A stretch of 46,548 nt of DNA from Clostridia bacterium (GTDB taxonomy: Bacteria; Bacillota; Clostridia; Oscillospirales; CAG-272): NCBI GenBank assembly GCA_017453285.1, contig JAFTKL010000027.1, forward strand, positions 1 to 46,548, in the 5' to 3' direction. The position numbers and the translations under genes are program-made. Shown here piece by piece: positions 17,846-26,066 of this stretch. How positions within the stretch are numbered: the stretch's first letter is position 1; each line of letters starts with the position of its first letter. Under the pieces are notes generated by a model. It was given only the letters and a program-made list of their open reading frames with translations, searched no databases and was not told the origin of the DNA.

Positions 17846-19294
17846 ATGTTTAAGAGTATTTTTTCAAAATACGTTTCGGCATTTATGCTGATAATAATAC
17901 TCAGCTTCGCCGTCGTCGTGGTGACTACCGTGTCTGTGGTCGGAAACTACGCGACAGCCGCAAAGAAGGACGGAATGGACAACTGCGCATCGCTCGCAAG
18001 TGCCTACGTTGACGCGGTGATGAGAAGCGCGGACGGTGAGGGGCTTGAGCGTGTGATGGATCGCGATCGAGAGAAGATCACCGACGCGCTCACGAAAAGC
18101 AGCTTCGGGCTTGACCGTGTGACTATGCTCGTGTGCGATAAGGATGGCAAGATCTTGCTTGTGAGCGGTGATAGCGACAAAATAGACAGCTCGCTGATGC
18201 TACCGCAGGAGCTGACCGATAGACTTGCATCTGAGGGCAGAGCATCGGGGATAGGAGTAGGCAAGGGCGCGCTTGGCAATATGAAGCTCTCCGAGGCGGT
18301 CGCGCTTGTCGATGAGAACGGCGAGATCTACGGCTCTGTCGTAGCTTGTTCGGACAGTCTGATGATCGGCGAGCTTCTCAACGTGATCATCCGCATCGTC
18401 AGCGGCTCGATACTCTGGGTGCTGCTTGCCGCGCTCATAGCGGTCTATTTCATCAGCGAGCGAGTGATCGCGCCTCTGCGTGAGATCAGCTCGGCGGCAA
18501 AGAAGTTCGCATCAGGAAAGTTCGACGTTCGCGTGCCCGTCAGAGGTAGTGACGAGGTTGCGGAGCTGGCGGCGACCTTCAATAATATGGCTGAGTCGCT
18601 CGATCACTATGACGATATGCGAAACAGCTTTATGTCGAACGTTTCGCACGACCTGAGAAGTCCGATGACATCGATCTCGGGATTTATCGACGGAATACTC
18701 GACGGAGTTATTCCGCCCGAACAGCATACCTACTATCTGCAGGTGGTCTCAAGTGAGATCAAGAGACTTTCGCGACTCGTCAATTCATTGCTCGATCTGT
18801 CGCGAATTCAGGCAGGCGAGCGAAAGTTCACGCCGATGCCCTTTGATATATGCGAGACCTCGAGACAGATACTTATCTCGTTTGAACAAAAGATAGACGC
18901 AAAGCGACTTGAGGTCGAATTTGAGTGTGAGGAAGAGCGTATGATCGCGCTTGCCGATCCCGATTCGATCTATCAGGTGCTCTACAACCTTTGCGACAAC
19001 GCGGTAAAATTTGCGAGCGAGGGCGGTCTGCTTGCTATAAGAGTGAAGCACGCGAAGGGAAAGAAGATCTCGGTCGAGGTCTTTAACGAAGGTCAGGGAA
19101 TTGCGCCAAGCGACGTAAATCTTGTATTTGAGCGTTTTTACAAGAGCGACAAGAGCCGCGGACTCAACAAAAACGGCGCGGGACTCGGGCTCTTTATCTC
19201 AAAAACCATCATCGACGCGCAGGACGGCGAGATCTGGGTAGAGAGCGAGTATGGCAAAAACTGTTGCTTTGGCTTCACGATCGCAAGTGAATAA
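17846..19294 (+). CDS. Sensor histidine kinase (two TM helices, HAMP, HisKA, HATPase_c)
   Basis: H-box FMSNVSHDLRSPMTS, N-box YNLCDNAVKF, and G-boxes EGQGI and GAGLGL. Confidence 0.9.
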   Translation: MFKSIFSKYVSAFMLIIILSFAVVVVTTVSVVGNYATAAKKDGMDNCASLASAYVDAVMRSADGEGLERVMDRDREKITDALTKSSFGLDRVTMLVCDKDGKILLVSGDSDKIDSSLMLPQELTDRLASEGRASGIGVGKGALGNMKLSEAVALVDENGEIYGSVVACSDSLMIGELLNVIIRIVSGSILWVLLAALIAVYFISERVIAPLREISSAAKKFASGKFDVRVPVRGSDEVAELAATFNNMAESLDHYDDMRNSFMSNVSHDLRSPMTSISGFIDGILDGVIPPEQHTYYLQVVSSEIKRLSRLVNSLLDLSRIQAGERKFTPMPFDICETSRQILISFEQKIDAKRLEVEFECEEERMIALADPDSIYQVLYNLCDNAVKFASEGGLLAIRVKHAKGKKISVEVFNEGQGIAPSDVNLVFERFYKSDKSRGLNKNGAGLGLFISKTIIDAQDGEIWVESEYGKNCCFGFTIASE

Positions 19295-19387
19295 AATATA
19301 AGCCTGATTGCAAAAAATATTTGCAGTATGCGCCGCGGTGATCGACAAAATCCTTCGCCGCGGCGCGTTTTTTGAGGTGGTTTATGT

Positions 19388-20236
19388 ATGTATAATGATA
19401 GAGAAGATCGCGAAGGGGAGAAGATCGTCTGCGTGGGCGAGGAGAAGCAGATAGTCAGAGTTGAGACACTTGACGGTGAGTGGGCAGAAGAGCGCACAGG
19501 GCGGCAATTCCGTGTCGGAATTGCGCTGATATGCGCCGTGAGTTTTCTGCTTTTGATTTATCTGCTAAGTACGCTTGCGGTAGGAAACAGCAGAGACGAA
19601 AGCGACGGTGAAAGTGCGACCGAGCTACAAAGTGAGTGGCGCGGCGCGTTTGATAGTAGTGAGATAAGTGAAGCAAGCATCTGCGCAAGCGTCGGAGTGC
19701 GAGCGGGAAGTGCAGGTGAGTACGGCGCGCCGTCGGCGAGCGGATTTGTAATAGACGGTAGCGGTTGGGTGGCTACCTCGTCCTCTGTCCTTACGGGCGC
19801 ACCGAGAGGACGGATATACGTTATAGACAGCGAGGGTGAGACACACGCGGTGAGCGCAATTTTTGCCGATAAGGCAAGCGGATTGGCATTTCTGCGCGTC
19901 GGGGAGGGCGAGCTTGCCGCCGCCCGCGCTCTTGGTTCTGACGGTCTGTGTATGGGCGAGAAGCTGATCGCAGTTTCCTCAAGCGGTGCACCCGAGCATA
20001 GCGTAAAGCTCAGCGTTGGTAGCTTTGGCGCAAAGGAATGTACCGTGTGGCTCGAAGATAATATCGGGCGGCGCGAGGGGCAGATGTACACCGATATGTA
20101 TTTTGAAGACAGCGCGCTCGGTAGCCCCGTGTTTGACTCAAGCGGACGGATAGTAGCCATGGCTCTGATCGCGAATAGCGGCTACGTCACACCGATAGAG
20201 CAGATCGTCGAGAGCTTTCGTGGAATACTTGAATAA
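19388..20236 (+). CDS. Membrane-anchored trypsin/HtrA-fold protein, catalytic triad apparently substituted
   Basis: One TM helix (VGIALICAVSFLLLIYLL) followed by an S1C-like fold. When aligned to HtrA motifs, TSSSVL replaces TNxHV, SGLAFLRV replaces DLAVL, and SALGSPVF replaces GNSGGPL. Confidence 0.65.
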   Translation: MYNDREDREGEKIVCVGEEKQIVRVETLDGEWAEERTGRQFRVGIALICAVSFLLLIYLLSTLAVGNSRDESDGESATELQSEWRGAFDSSEISEASICASVGVRAGSAGEYGAPSASGFVIDGSGWVATSSSVLTGAPRGRIYVIDSEGETHAVSAIFADKASGLAFLRVGEGELAAARALGSDGLCMGEKLIAVSSSGAPEHSVKLSVGSFGAKECTVWLEDNIGRREGQMYTDMYFEDSALGSPVFDSSGRIVAMALIANSGYVTPIEQIVESFRGILE

Positions 20237-20405
20237 CGAATACCGCCTGCCATCCTTTCGGCAGGCGGTGTTTATTTATGGACAATAAGTAAATTTAAAG
20301 TAAAATTCAAAATATACTTGCAAAAATTGCTCAAATGCGATATAATATAGTGATAGAGATCAATTTTGTGCAGGAGCGTATGCTTTTGCTAAGAAAGGGG
20401 AGACT

Positions 20406-21095
20406 ATGGCTTTTTGGGAGCTGCTCGTCCGTCTGCTCGTCGCGACCTTTTGCGGCGGTATCATCGGAATTGAGCGAGGAAAGAAAAACAGACCTGCGGG
20501 ATTTCGCACCTACATACTCGTCTGCGTTGGCGCAAGCCTTACGGTAATGCTCAGCCTCTACCTTGCGGCGATGGATCCCACCTGGAGAGAGATCGCGCCC
20601 TCGCTGCTCCGCTCCGACGTGTCGCGCTTCGGTGCGCAGGTCATCAACGGTATAGGTTTTCTCGGCGCAGGAACTATCATAATCACGGGTAACCAGCAGG
20701 TCAAGGGAATGACTACGGCGGCAGGCCTTTGGGCATCCGCGTGTATGGGCCTTGCGATCGGCGCGGGATTTTACACGGGCGCGCTCTTCGGATGCGTGCT
20801 TATCATCGCGACCACCGCGCTTTTCTCGAAGCTCGAGTCCTTTATTCTGGCTCGCTCGAGAAATATCAACCTCTACGTCGAGTTCGAGAAGACCGAGGAT
20901 CTGACAAAGATCACCACCTGCCTGCACGAGAGAAACGTTCGAATCTACGACGTTGAGCTCTCGAAGGCAAGACAGAACGACTCCAAATACCCCGGAGCGA
21001 TATTCTCGCTCAAGCTGCCAAAGAAGGTGTCGCACGCCGCTGTCGTTACCGAGATCGCCTCGATAAAGGCGGTACGAACGATAGAAGAGCTTTGA
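20406..21095 (+). CDS. MgtC/SapB family membrane protein (paralog 1)
   Basis: FCGGIIGIERGKKNRPAGFRTYILVC signature with a C-terminal ACT-like domain. Confidence 0.85.
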   Translation: MAFWELLVRLLVATFCGGIIGIERGKKNRPAGFRTYILVCVGASLTVMLSLYLAAMDPTWREIAPSLLRSDVSRFGAQVINGIGFLGAGTIIITGNQQVKGMTTAAGLWASACMGLAIGAGFYTGALFGCVLIIATTALFSKLESFILARSRNINLYVEFEKTEDLTKITTCLHERNVRIYDVELSKARQNDSKYPGAIFSLKLPKKVSHAAVVTEIASIKAVRTIEEL

Positions 21096-21120
21096 TAGGG
21101 CTTTACCAGGGAGGAAAGAA

Positions 21121-21816
21121 ATGCTTCAATTTTTAGATTTTCTGCGTACGGGAGAGATAGGCTGGCTGACGGTCGCCGTACGACTCGTGCTTGCGGTATT
21201 CTGCGGCGGATTTATTGGACTTGAGCGCGAGCGCAAGCGTCGTCCTGCAGGCTTCCGTACACATATACTTATTTGTCTCGGCGCGGCTATGACCACGCTG
21301 ACAAGCCAATTCCTCGCGCTCAACCTCGGTGCTAACACCGACACGGCGCGCCTGGGCGCTCAGGTCATCGCCGGCGTCGGCTTTATCGGTGCCGGAACGA
21401 TCATCGTTACCAAGCGCCGTCAGGTCAAGGGACTCACCACGGCGGCAGGACTCTGGACGGCGGCGATCGTCGGACTTTGCTGCGGCGCGGGATTTTTCGA
21501 GGGCGCGGTGATCGCGACGCTCATCATACTTATTGTAGAATTCGCATTCGTCAAGCTTGAATATTCGATATTCAACACCTCGCGCGCCTTTAACATTTTC
21601 GTTGAATACAGCGAGGCGCAAAATCTTGGTGTTATAGTTGACGTCATAAAGAAGAACGGCGGGTACATCAAGGATATTGAGATCACAAAGAGCAGCTCGG
21701 ACGGCACGAACGCATGTGCGATATTCTCGCTTAAAATGCCCAAAAAACAGCCCCACCAGATGCTGATGACCACGATAATGAACGTCGAGGGTGTGGCAAA
21801 CGTCGAGGAGCTTTAA
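21121..21816 (+). CDS. MgtC/SapB family membrane protein (paralog 2)
   Basis: FCGGFIGLERERKRRPAGFRTHILIC. It is a tandem paralog of the preceding gene. Confidence 0.85.
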   Translation: MLQFLDFLRTGEIGWLTVAVRLVLAVFCGGFIGLERERKRRPAGFRTHILICLGAAMTTLTSQFLALNLGANTDTARLGAQVIAGVGFIGAGTIIVTKRRQVKGLTTAAGLWTAAIVGLCCGAGFFEGAVIATLIILIVEFAFVKLEYSIFNTSRAFNIFVEYSEAQNLGVIVDVIKKNGGYIKDIEITKSSSDGTNACAIFSLKMPKKQPHQMLMTTIMNVEGVANVEEL

Positions 21817-22055
21817 TAAAAGGGGCTGCTTCATTTAGCGCAGAACAAAAACACACAAGAATAAAACAAATAGAAAACCGCTTTTGCTATCAAAAAGTCG
21901 ATAGTGAAAGCGGTTTTTTGTAGAATTTTTCGAGACAAAGCTTGGGGACTTCATTATTATGTGTGTTTTTTAGCCGCGTTCTTCGAATCACGCGTACCTT
22001 TGTACGCCGACGAAACGAAGAACACGACTTCTGCATCTAAATCAAGCAGCCCTCT

Positions 22056-23069
22056 TTAGTCAATCGTTGAAATAAGCTTTTTAACGTCCTCCTCGGTGGT
22101 CGAGAAGGTCGCCGTGATGCGAACGACCTTGCGATCGGAGTACCAATAGGTGAGGGAGAACTCGCTGTTCATCTTTTTAAGCGTTTTCTCGTCGAGGATG
22201 CAGAATACCATATTCGACTCCACCGGGAGATAGAGCTCGATGCCCCTTTGTGTGAGCTCTTGCGCGATAAGCTTTGCCATTTTGTTCGCGTTGGCGAAAT
22301 TCTTTATCCAGCGGTCGCCCTCAAAAAGACAGAGCATCTGCGCGCCGAGGAATTTCGATTTGTCGAGATGCTGCATCGACTGCTTGAGTATGTAGTCGCC
22401 CTCGATCAAGTCCTCGCCGTGTACGAATACTACAGCCTCGCCGAACATCGCGCCTGCTTTCGTGCCGCCCACCGTGAATACGTCGACTCCGGTGTCTGCT
22501 ATCATTTCTTTTAGTGTGACTCCGAGCGATGCCAGCGCAGAGCCGATGCGCGCGCCGTCGATAAATAGCTTCATTCCGTGTCCGTGCGCGTAGTCCGCAA
22601 GCGCGGATATCTCGTCAAGCGTATAGAGCGTGCCGAGCTCGGTCGGCTGAGTGATGACCACCACCTGAGGATGTAACTGCTGACCTGCTCGCGCGTCGAG
22701 CGCCTTTTGGATAGACTCGGGGGTGAGCTTCGCGTCGGACGAGGGCGCGGTGATGATCTTCGCGCCGGTATTGTACTCAAGCGCGCCGCACTCGTGTGTG
22801 TCGATGTGAGTCTGCTCGGCGCATACGACCGAGCCGTAGGGCGCGAGCATCGCCTTGAGTGCGACGATATTTGCCGCCGTTCCGTTGATGGTGTAGAGCA
22901 CCGATATTTTGTGCTCAAAAAAGGACTGCAGATACTCGGTCGCACGCGCCGTGTAGGAATCATTGCCGACCTTGCCGTCCACCGCCTCGCTATTTATTTT
23001 TACTATCTCAGATAATACCGCGTGGTCGATATTGTTCCAGACCTCGCCGCGAAAATCCTTTTTAGCCAT
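22056..23069 (-). CDS. Threonine aldolase / beta-eliminating lyase family PLP enzyme
   Basis: 337 aa, with GTAANIVALKAML and the putative PLP-lysine context TVGGTKAGAMFGEAVVF. Confidence 0.75.
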   Translation of the reverse strand: MAKKDFRGEVWNNIDHAVLSEIVKINSEAVDGKVGNDSYTARATEYLQSFFEHKISVLYTINGTAANIVALKAMLAPYGSVVCAEQTHIDTHECGALEYNTGAKIITAPSSDAKLTPESIQKALDARAGQQLHPQVVVITQPTELGTLYTLDEISALADYAHGHGMKLFIDGARIGSALASLGVTLKEMIADTGVDVFTVGGTKAGAMFGEAVVFVHGEDLIEGDYILKQSMQHLDKSKFLGAQMLCLFEGDRWIKNFANANKMAKLIAQELTQRGIELYLPVESNMVFCILDEKTLKKMNSEFSLTYWYSDRKVVRITATFSTTEEDVKKLISTID

Positions 23070-23219
23070 TTTTTCTCCTTTGGTGTAGAAGTGCTGTGTG
23101 CTTTATCTTTACTTATTATAGCGTATCAGCGCGGAAAAGTAAAGATATTATGCAAAAATAGTGAAAAAGTAAAGAAAAAAGCACACCGCGAGAGTGTGCT
23201 TGGCACTCCCAGCGAGAAG

Positions 23220-23661
23220 TTCGCCGTTGGCGAATATTTTTGCTCGCAGCTCCCTCGAGCGAGCTCAGGTCGCTTTGCTCGCAAAATGCGAACCCAATCT
23301 CGCGCGATGCGCGAGGAGAAGGTTTTCGTGAGGATGGCAAAAGGGGAGAGTCGCGAAGGGAATTTCGCCGTTGGCGAATATTTTTGCTCGCAGCTCCCTT
23401 GAGCGAGCTCAGGTCGCTTTGCTCGCAAAATGCGAACCCAATCTCGCGCGGTGCGCGAGGAGAAGGTTTTCGTGGGGATGTCAAAAAGGGAGAGCCGCAA
23501 CGGGAATTTCGCCGTTGGCGAATATACCCGCGTCCTTCGCCTGACAAGCGAGCTTGTCGATCTACGGACGGGGTATGCGAACCCAATCTCGCGCGATGCG
23601 CGAGGATGGGTTCTCTGTGCGGGTGCCAAAAGGGGAGAGTCGCTTCGCGACTCTCCCCTTT
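23220..23661 (-). repeat. Tandem repeat, about 3 units of 144 bp, immediately downstream of tRNA-Arg(CCT)
   Basis: ttcgccgttggcgaata recurs at 23220, 23364 and 23508, giving a 144-nt period. Units 1 and 2 are near-identical and unit 3 has diverged. The unit junctions copy the tRNA 3' end (ccgcaacgggaat, 23495-23507 vs 23668-23680) and the left half of the tRNA terminator. Confidence 0.85.
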
Positions 23662-23662
23662 T
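23627..23662 (-). terminator. Intrinsic terminator of tRNA-Arg(CCT)
   Basis: aaaaggggagagtcgc-ttcg-gcgactctcccctttt is a perfect hairpin directly after the CCA end. Confidence 0.8.
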
Positions 23663-23736
23663 GGCACCCGCAACGGGAATCGAACCCATAACTACCCCTT
23701 AGGAGGGGGTTATTATATCCATTTAACTATGCAGGC
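23662..23736 (-). tRNA. tRNA-Arg (anticodon CCT), 75 nt, CCA encoded
   Basis: Manual cloverleaf. Acceptor is GCCTGCA/TGCGGGT with two G-U pairs. D arm is GTTA-AATGGATA-TAAT. Anticodon arm is ACCCC-CTCCTAA-GGGGT. T arm is ATGGG-TTCGATT-CCCGT, followed by G73 and CCA. Confidence 0.7.
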
Positions 23737-23964
23737 GTGTGGAATTTATTATACCACAGATAGATGTATTTTTCAATAGTTATCCGAAAAAATACAATTT
23801 TTTTATCCCGAGAGGAGCAAAAGGGGCGCAGTACTTGACAAAAGCTCGAGTTGATGTTATAATTTAATTAAAAAAACAAAAAATTTTTGTAAAAGTGTAA
23901 TATTTTGAAATTTTTGTTGACTTATACTGTAAAAGGGTAACTTATCCTACATAAAGGAGGCTCT

Positions 23965-26055
23965 ATGAACGACGAAAACAAGAATATCGAATTTGAGAAT
24001 AATACTGATGCGACAAACGAGACGCGCGAGCAGTTGGCGCCCGAGGTGCCCGTCTCTGACACTCCGAGCACCGACGCGGAATTGAGTGAGGGCGAGCCCA
24101 CGATAGTCAGCGTGCGCCCTCGCGGCATAGGAAAGACCTTTTTGAAGGTGCTTATAGCTCTGCTTTCTTTTCTCGTGGTTTTCTCGCTCGTTGCGAGCGC
24201 GTCCTACGCGGCACTCAGTAACTACGTTCTGTTCCCGGATTTTGATGATGCGCTTGTAAACTCGCTTGAGAACAAATTCGACCTCGGCACAGAATTCGAC
24301 TTTGCGTCTCTCTCGGAGGCGGGAAAGATAGAACTCGAGATGTATCCGAGCGACGAGGAAGCTGAAGAGTCCGACATTGACAAGGTCATCGCCTCGATAT
24401 CCTACAAGGGTCTCGAGGAGGCTTCGATGAAGCTCATTGTCGGAGACGAGGTTGCAAATGCTTATATCAACGAGGACGCCATCGCGGCAAATATCGAGAA
24501 CTTCAAGGACGGTGCGTACTACGGCATCGCGCTCGAGGACATAGTCGATCGACTCGAAGGCTCTTTCTTTGATCCGGAGGAGGAGAGCGACTACGTACAG
24601 CTCACCGACGAGCAGTTTGACGAGCTTGTCGACACGCTTGAGACTATCGTTGAGATGAAAGAGAGCGAAAGGGAATACAAAAAGGACGCGGCTCTGCTTC
24701 TTGAAACGGTCAAGAAGGCTTTCAAGGACAGCAGCCTTTCGGAGCACGATGTCTCCTACGGCGGAATTAAGATCTTCGGCGAGGAGCGCTCCGCGAGATG
24801 CAAGCGCTACGACTTTGATCTTGACGATATTGCGGACTTCCTTGAGAAGCTGGCGGATGAATTCGATGATCCCTCGCAATCACTTGAGGATGCGGTCGAA
24901 AATCTATTTGACAACGATTCCTCTCCCTTGGCATCGCTTGTCAACGGCTACGATTGCGACGATATCGTCGACGAGATCGACTCCTTGGTGGACGAGATCG
25001 ACAGCCTTGACGAAGAGGTTGACTTTACCGTCATACTTGCGTATTCCGCAAACGCCTTTACTGCAATTCAGATAAAGGCTGAAGTCGAGGATGTGATGAG
25101 CCTTATCGCAACGATAGACTTTGGCGAATCGCCCACGAAGGACAAGGGGATTATAGTAAATGTTGACGTGACCGACGTTGCTCATAATAACGGAAAAATG
25201 AATATCAAGCTTGTCACCGCTCTTGAGGAGAGTGACGGCAAGAGCGAGGCAACTATGACGCTTTCGGTCGATCTTCCGGAGCAGAAGAACGAGATAGTGT
25301 TTAGCGCAGAGTTTGACAAAGAGGACGAGAAGGCTGTATTCAGCGCAAGAACGAGAAACGTTATCAAAGAGGGCACTGAGGAGCTTACCACCGAGTCGGG
25401 TGAGGAGGAGCTTTTCAAGTTCAGCTTTGATATGCTCGATACCAAGTCGAAGTTTTCGCTGACCGTCGACGAGCTGATCGCGAGTGACGGGAAGGCTGAG
25501 GGTGTTGACGGCAATATAATTCTCAGCTTCTACAAGAAACCCGACCGCACTCGCATGCCGCGCTTTGAGGACGTCGTGGATATGAAGGTCAGAAGCTTTG
25601 ACCGCCTTTGTGACGACCTTTCGGACTATCTTGATGATCTTGGAGAAGAGTATGAGTCTTTCTTTGATATCGACATTTCGGGCGTTATCCCCGAAATAGA
25701 TATCCCCGGAGTGCATCCGCAGCCCGATGACGACGGTATGGGAATTATCGGCGGAGAGGGCAACAGTAACAATAATAACAACTCGCTCCTGAATTCTATT
25801 GCCGACGGCGACTACTTTTATATCGACGCTGATGCAGGCTACAGCGAGAATTACAGATTTAGCGGCGACAGATACTATTTCACCGTATACGACTCGGAGG
25901 CAGAGGAGTATCTGTGGAAAGAGTCGGGCACGTACTATATGAACGGAAGCCAGAATATAGTCTTTTGCCCCGAGGGGAATGAAGAATACGAGGCTTTTAT
26001 ACGTATATACGCAGATAGGATAATTATGTTTGATATGGTATACGAAAAGACCTGA
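23965..26055 (+). CDS. Acidic single-pass membrane protein of unknown function (paralog 1, 696 aa)
   Basis: RBS aaaggagg. It has a hydrophilic N-terminus, one TM helix (FLKVLIALLSFLVVFSLVASA) and a large Asp/Glu-rich ectodomain. It is colinear with the next ORF. Confidence 0.75.
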   Translation: MNDENKNIEFENNTDATNETREQLAPEVPVSDTPSTDAELSEGEPTIVSVRPRGIGKTFLKVLIALLSFLVVFSLVASASYAALSNYVLFPDFDDALVNSLENKFDLGTEFDFASLSEAGKIELEMYPSDEEAEESDIDKVIASISYKGLEEASMKLIVGDEVANAYINEDAIAANIENFKDGAYYGIALEDIVDRLEGSFFDPEEESDYVQLTDEQFDELVDTLETIVEMKESEREYKKDAALLLETVKKAFKDSSLSEHDVSYGGIKIFGEERSARCKRYDFDLDDIADFLEKLADEFDDPSQSLEDAVENLFDNDSSPLASLVNGYDCDDIVDEIDSLVDEIDSLDEEVDFTVILAYSANAFTAIQIKAEVEDVMSLIATIDFGESPTKDKGIIVNVDVTDVAHNNGKMNIKLVTALEESDGKSEATMTLSVDLPEQKNEIVFSAEFDKEDEKAVFSARTRNVIKEGTEELTTESGEEELFKFSFDMLDTKSKFSLTVDELIASDGKAEGVDGNIILSFYKKPDRTRMPRFEDVVDMKVRSFDRLCDDLSDYLDDLGEEYESFFDIDISGVIPEIDIPGVHPQPDDDGMGIIGGEGNSNNNNNSLLNSIADGDYFYIDADAGYSENYRFSGDRYYFTVYDSEAEEYLWKESGTYYMNGSQNIVFCPEGNEEYEAFIRIYADRIIMFDMVYEKT

Positions 26056-26066
26056 GGTAGTGTGAT

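Noticed and set aside
20237-20405. Possible Mg2+ (M-box) riboswitch ahead of the tandem mgtC genes.
   Set aside because: The sigA-like promoter (ttgcaa-N17-tataat) leaves a leader of only about 60 nt. That is too short for an M-box, and it shows no extended pairing.
23220-23661. Possible CRISPR array.
   Set aside because: The units are contiguous 144-bp repeats with no unique spacers between short direct repeats, and no cas genes are present in the window.
23116-23779. Long ORFs (179-187 aa) on both strands across the 144-bp tandem repeat.
   Set aside because: They exist only because the repeat unit is a multiple of 3 and lacks stop codons. They overlap each other in several frames and run into the tRNA-Arg gene and its terminator. 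They have no RBS and only low-complexity Arg/Ser-rich translations.
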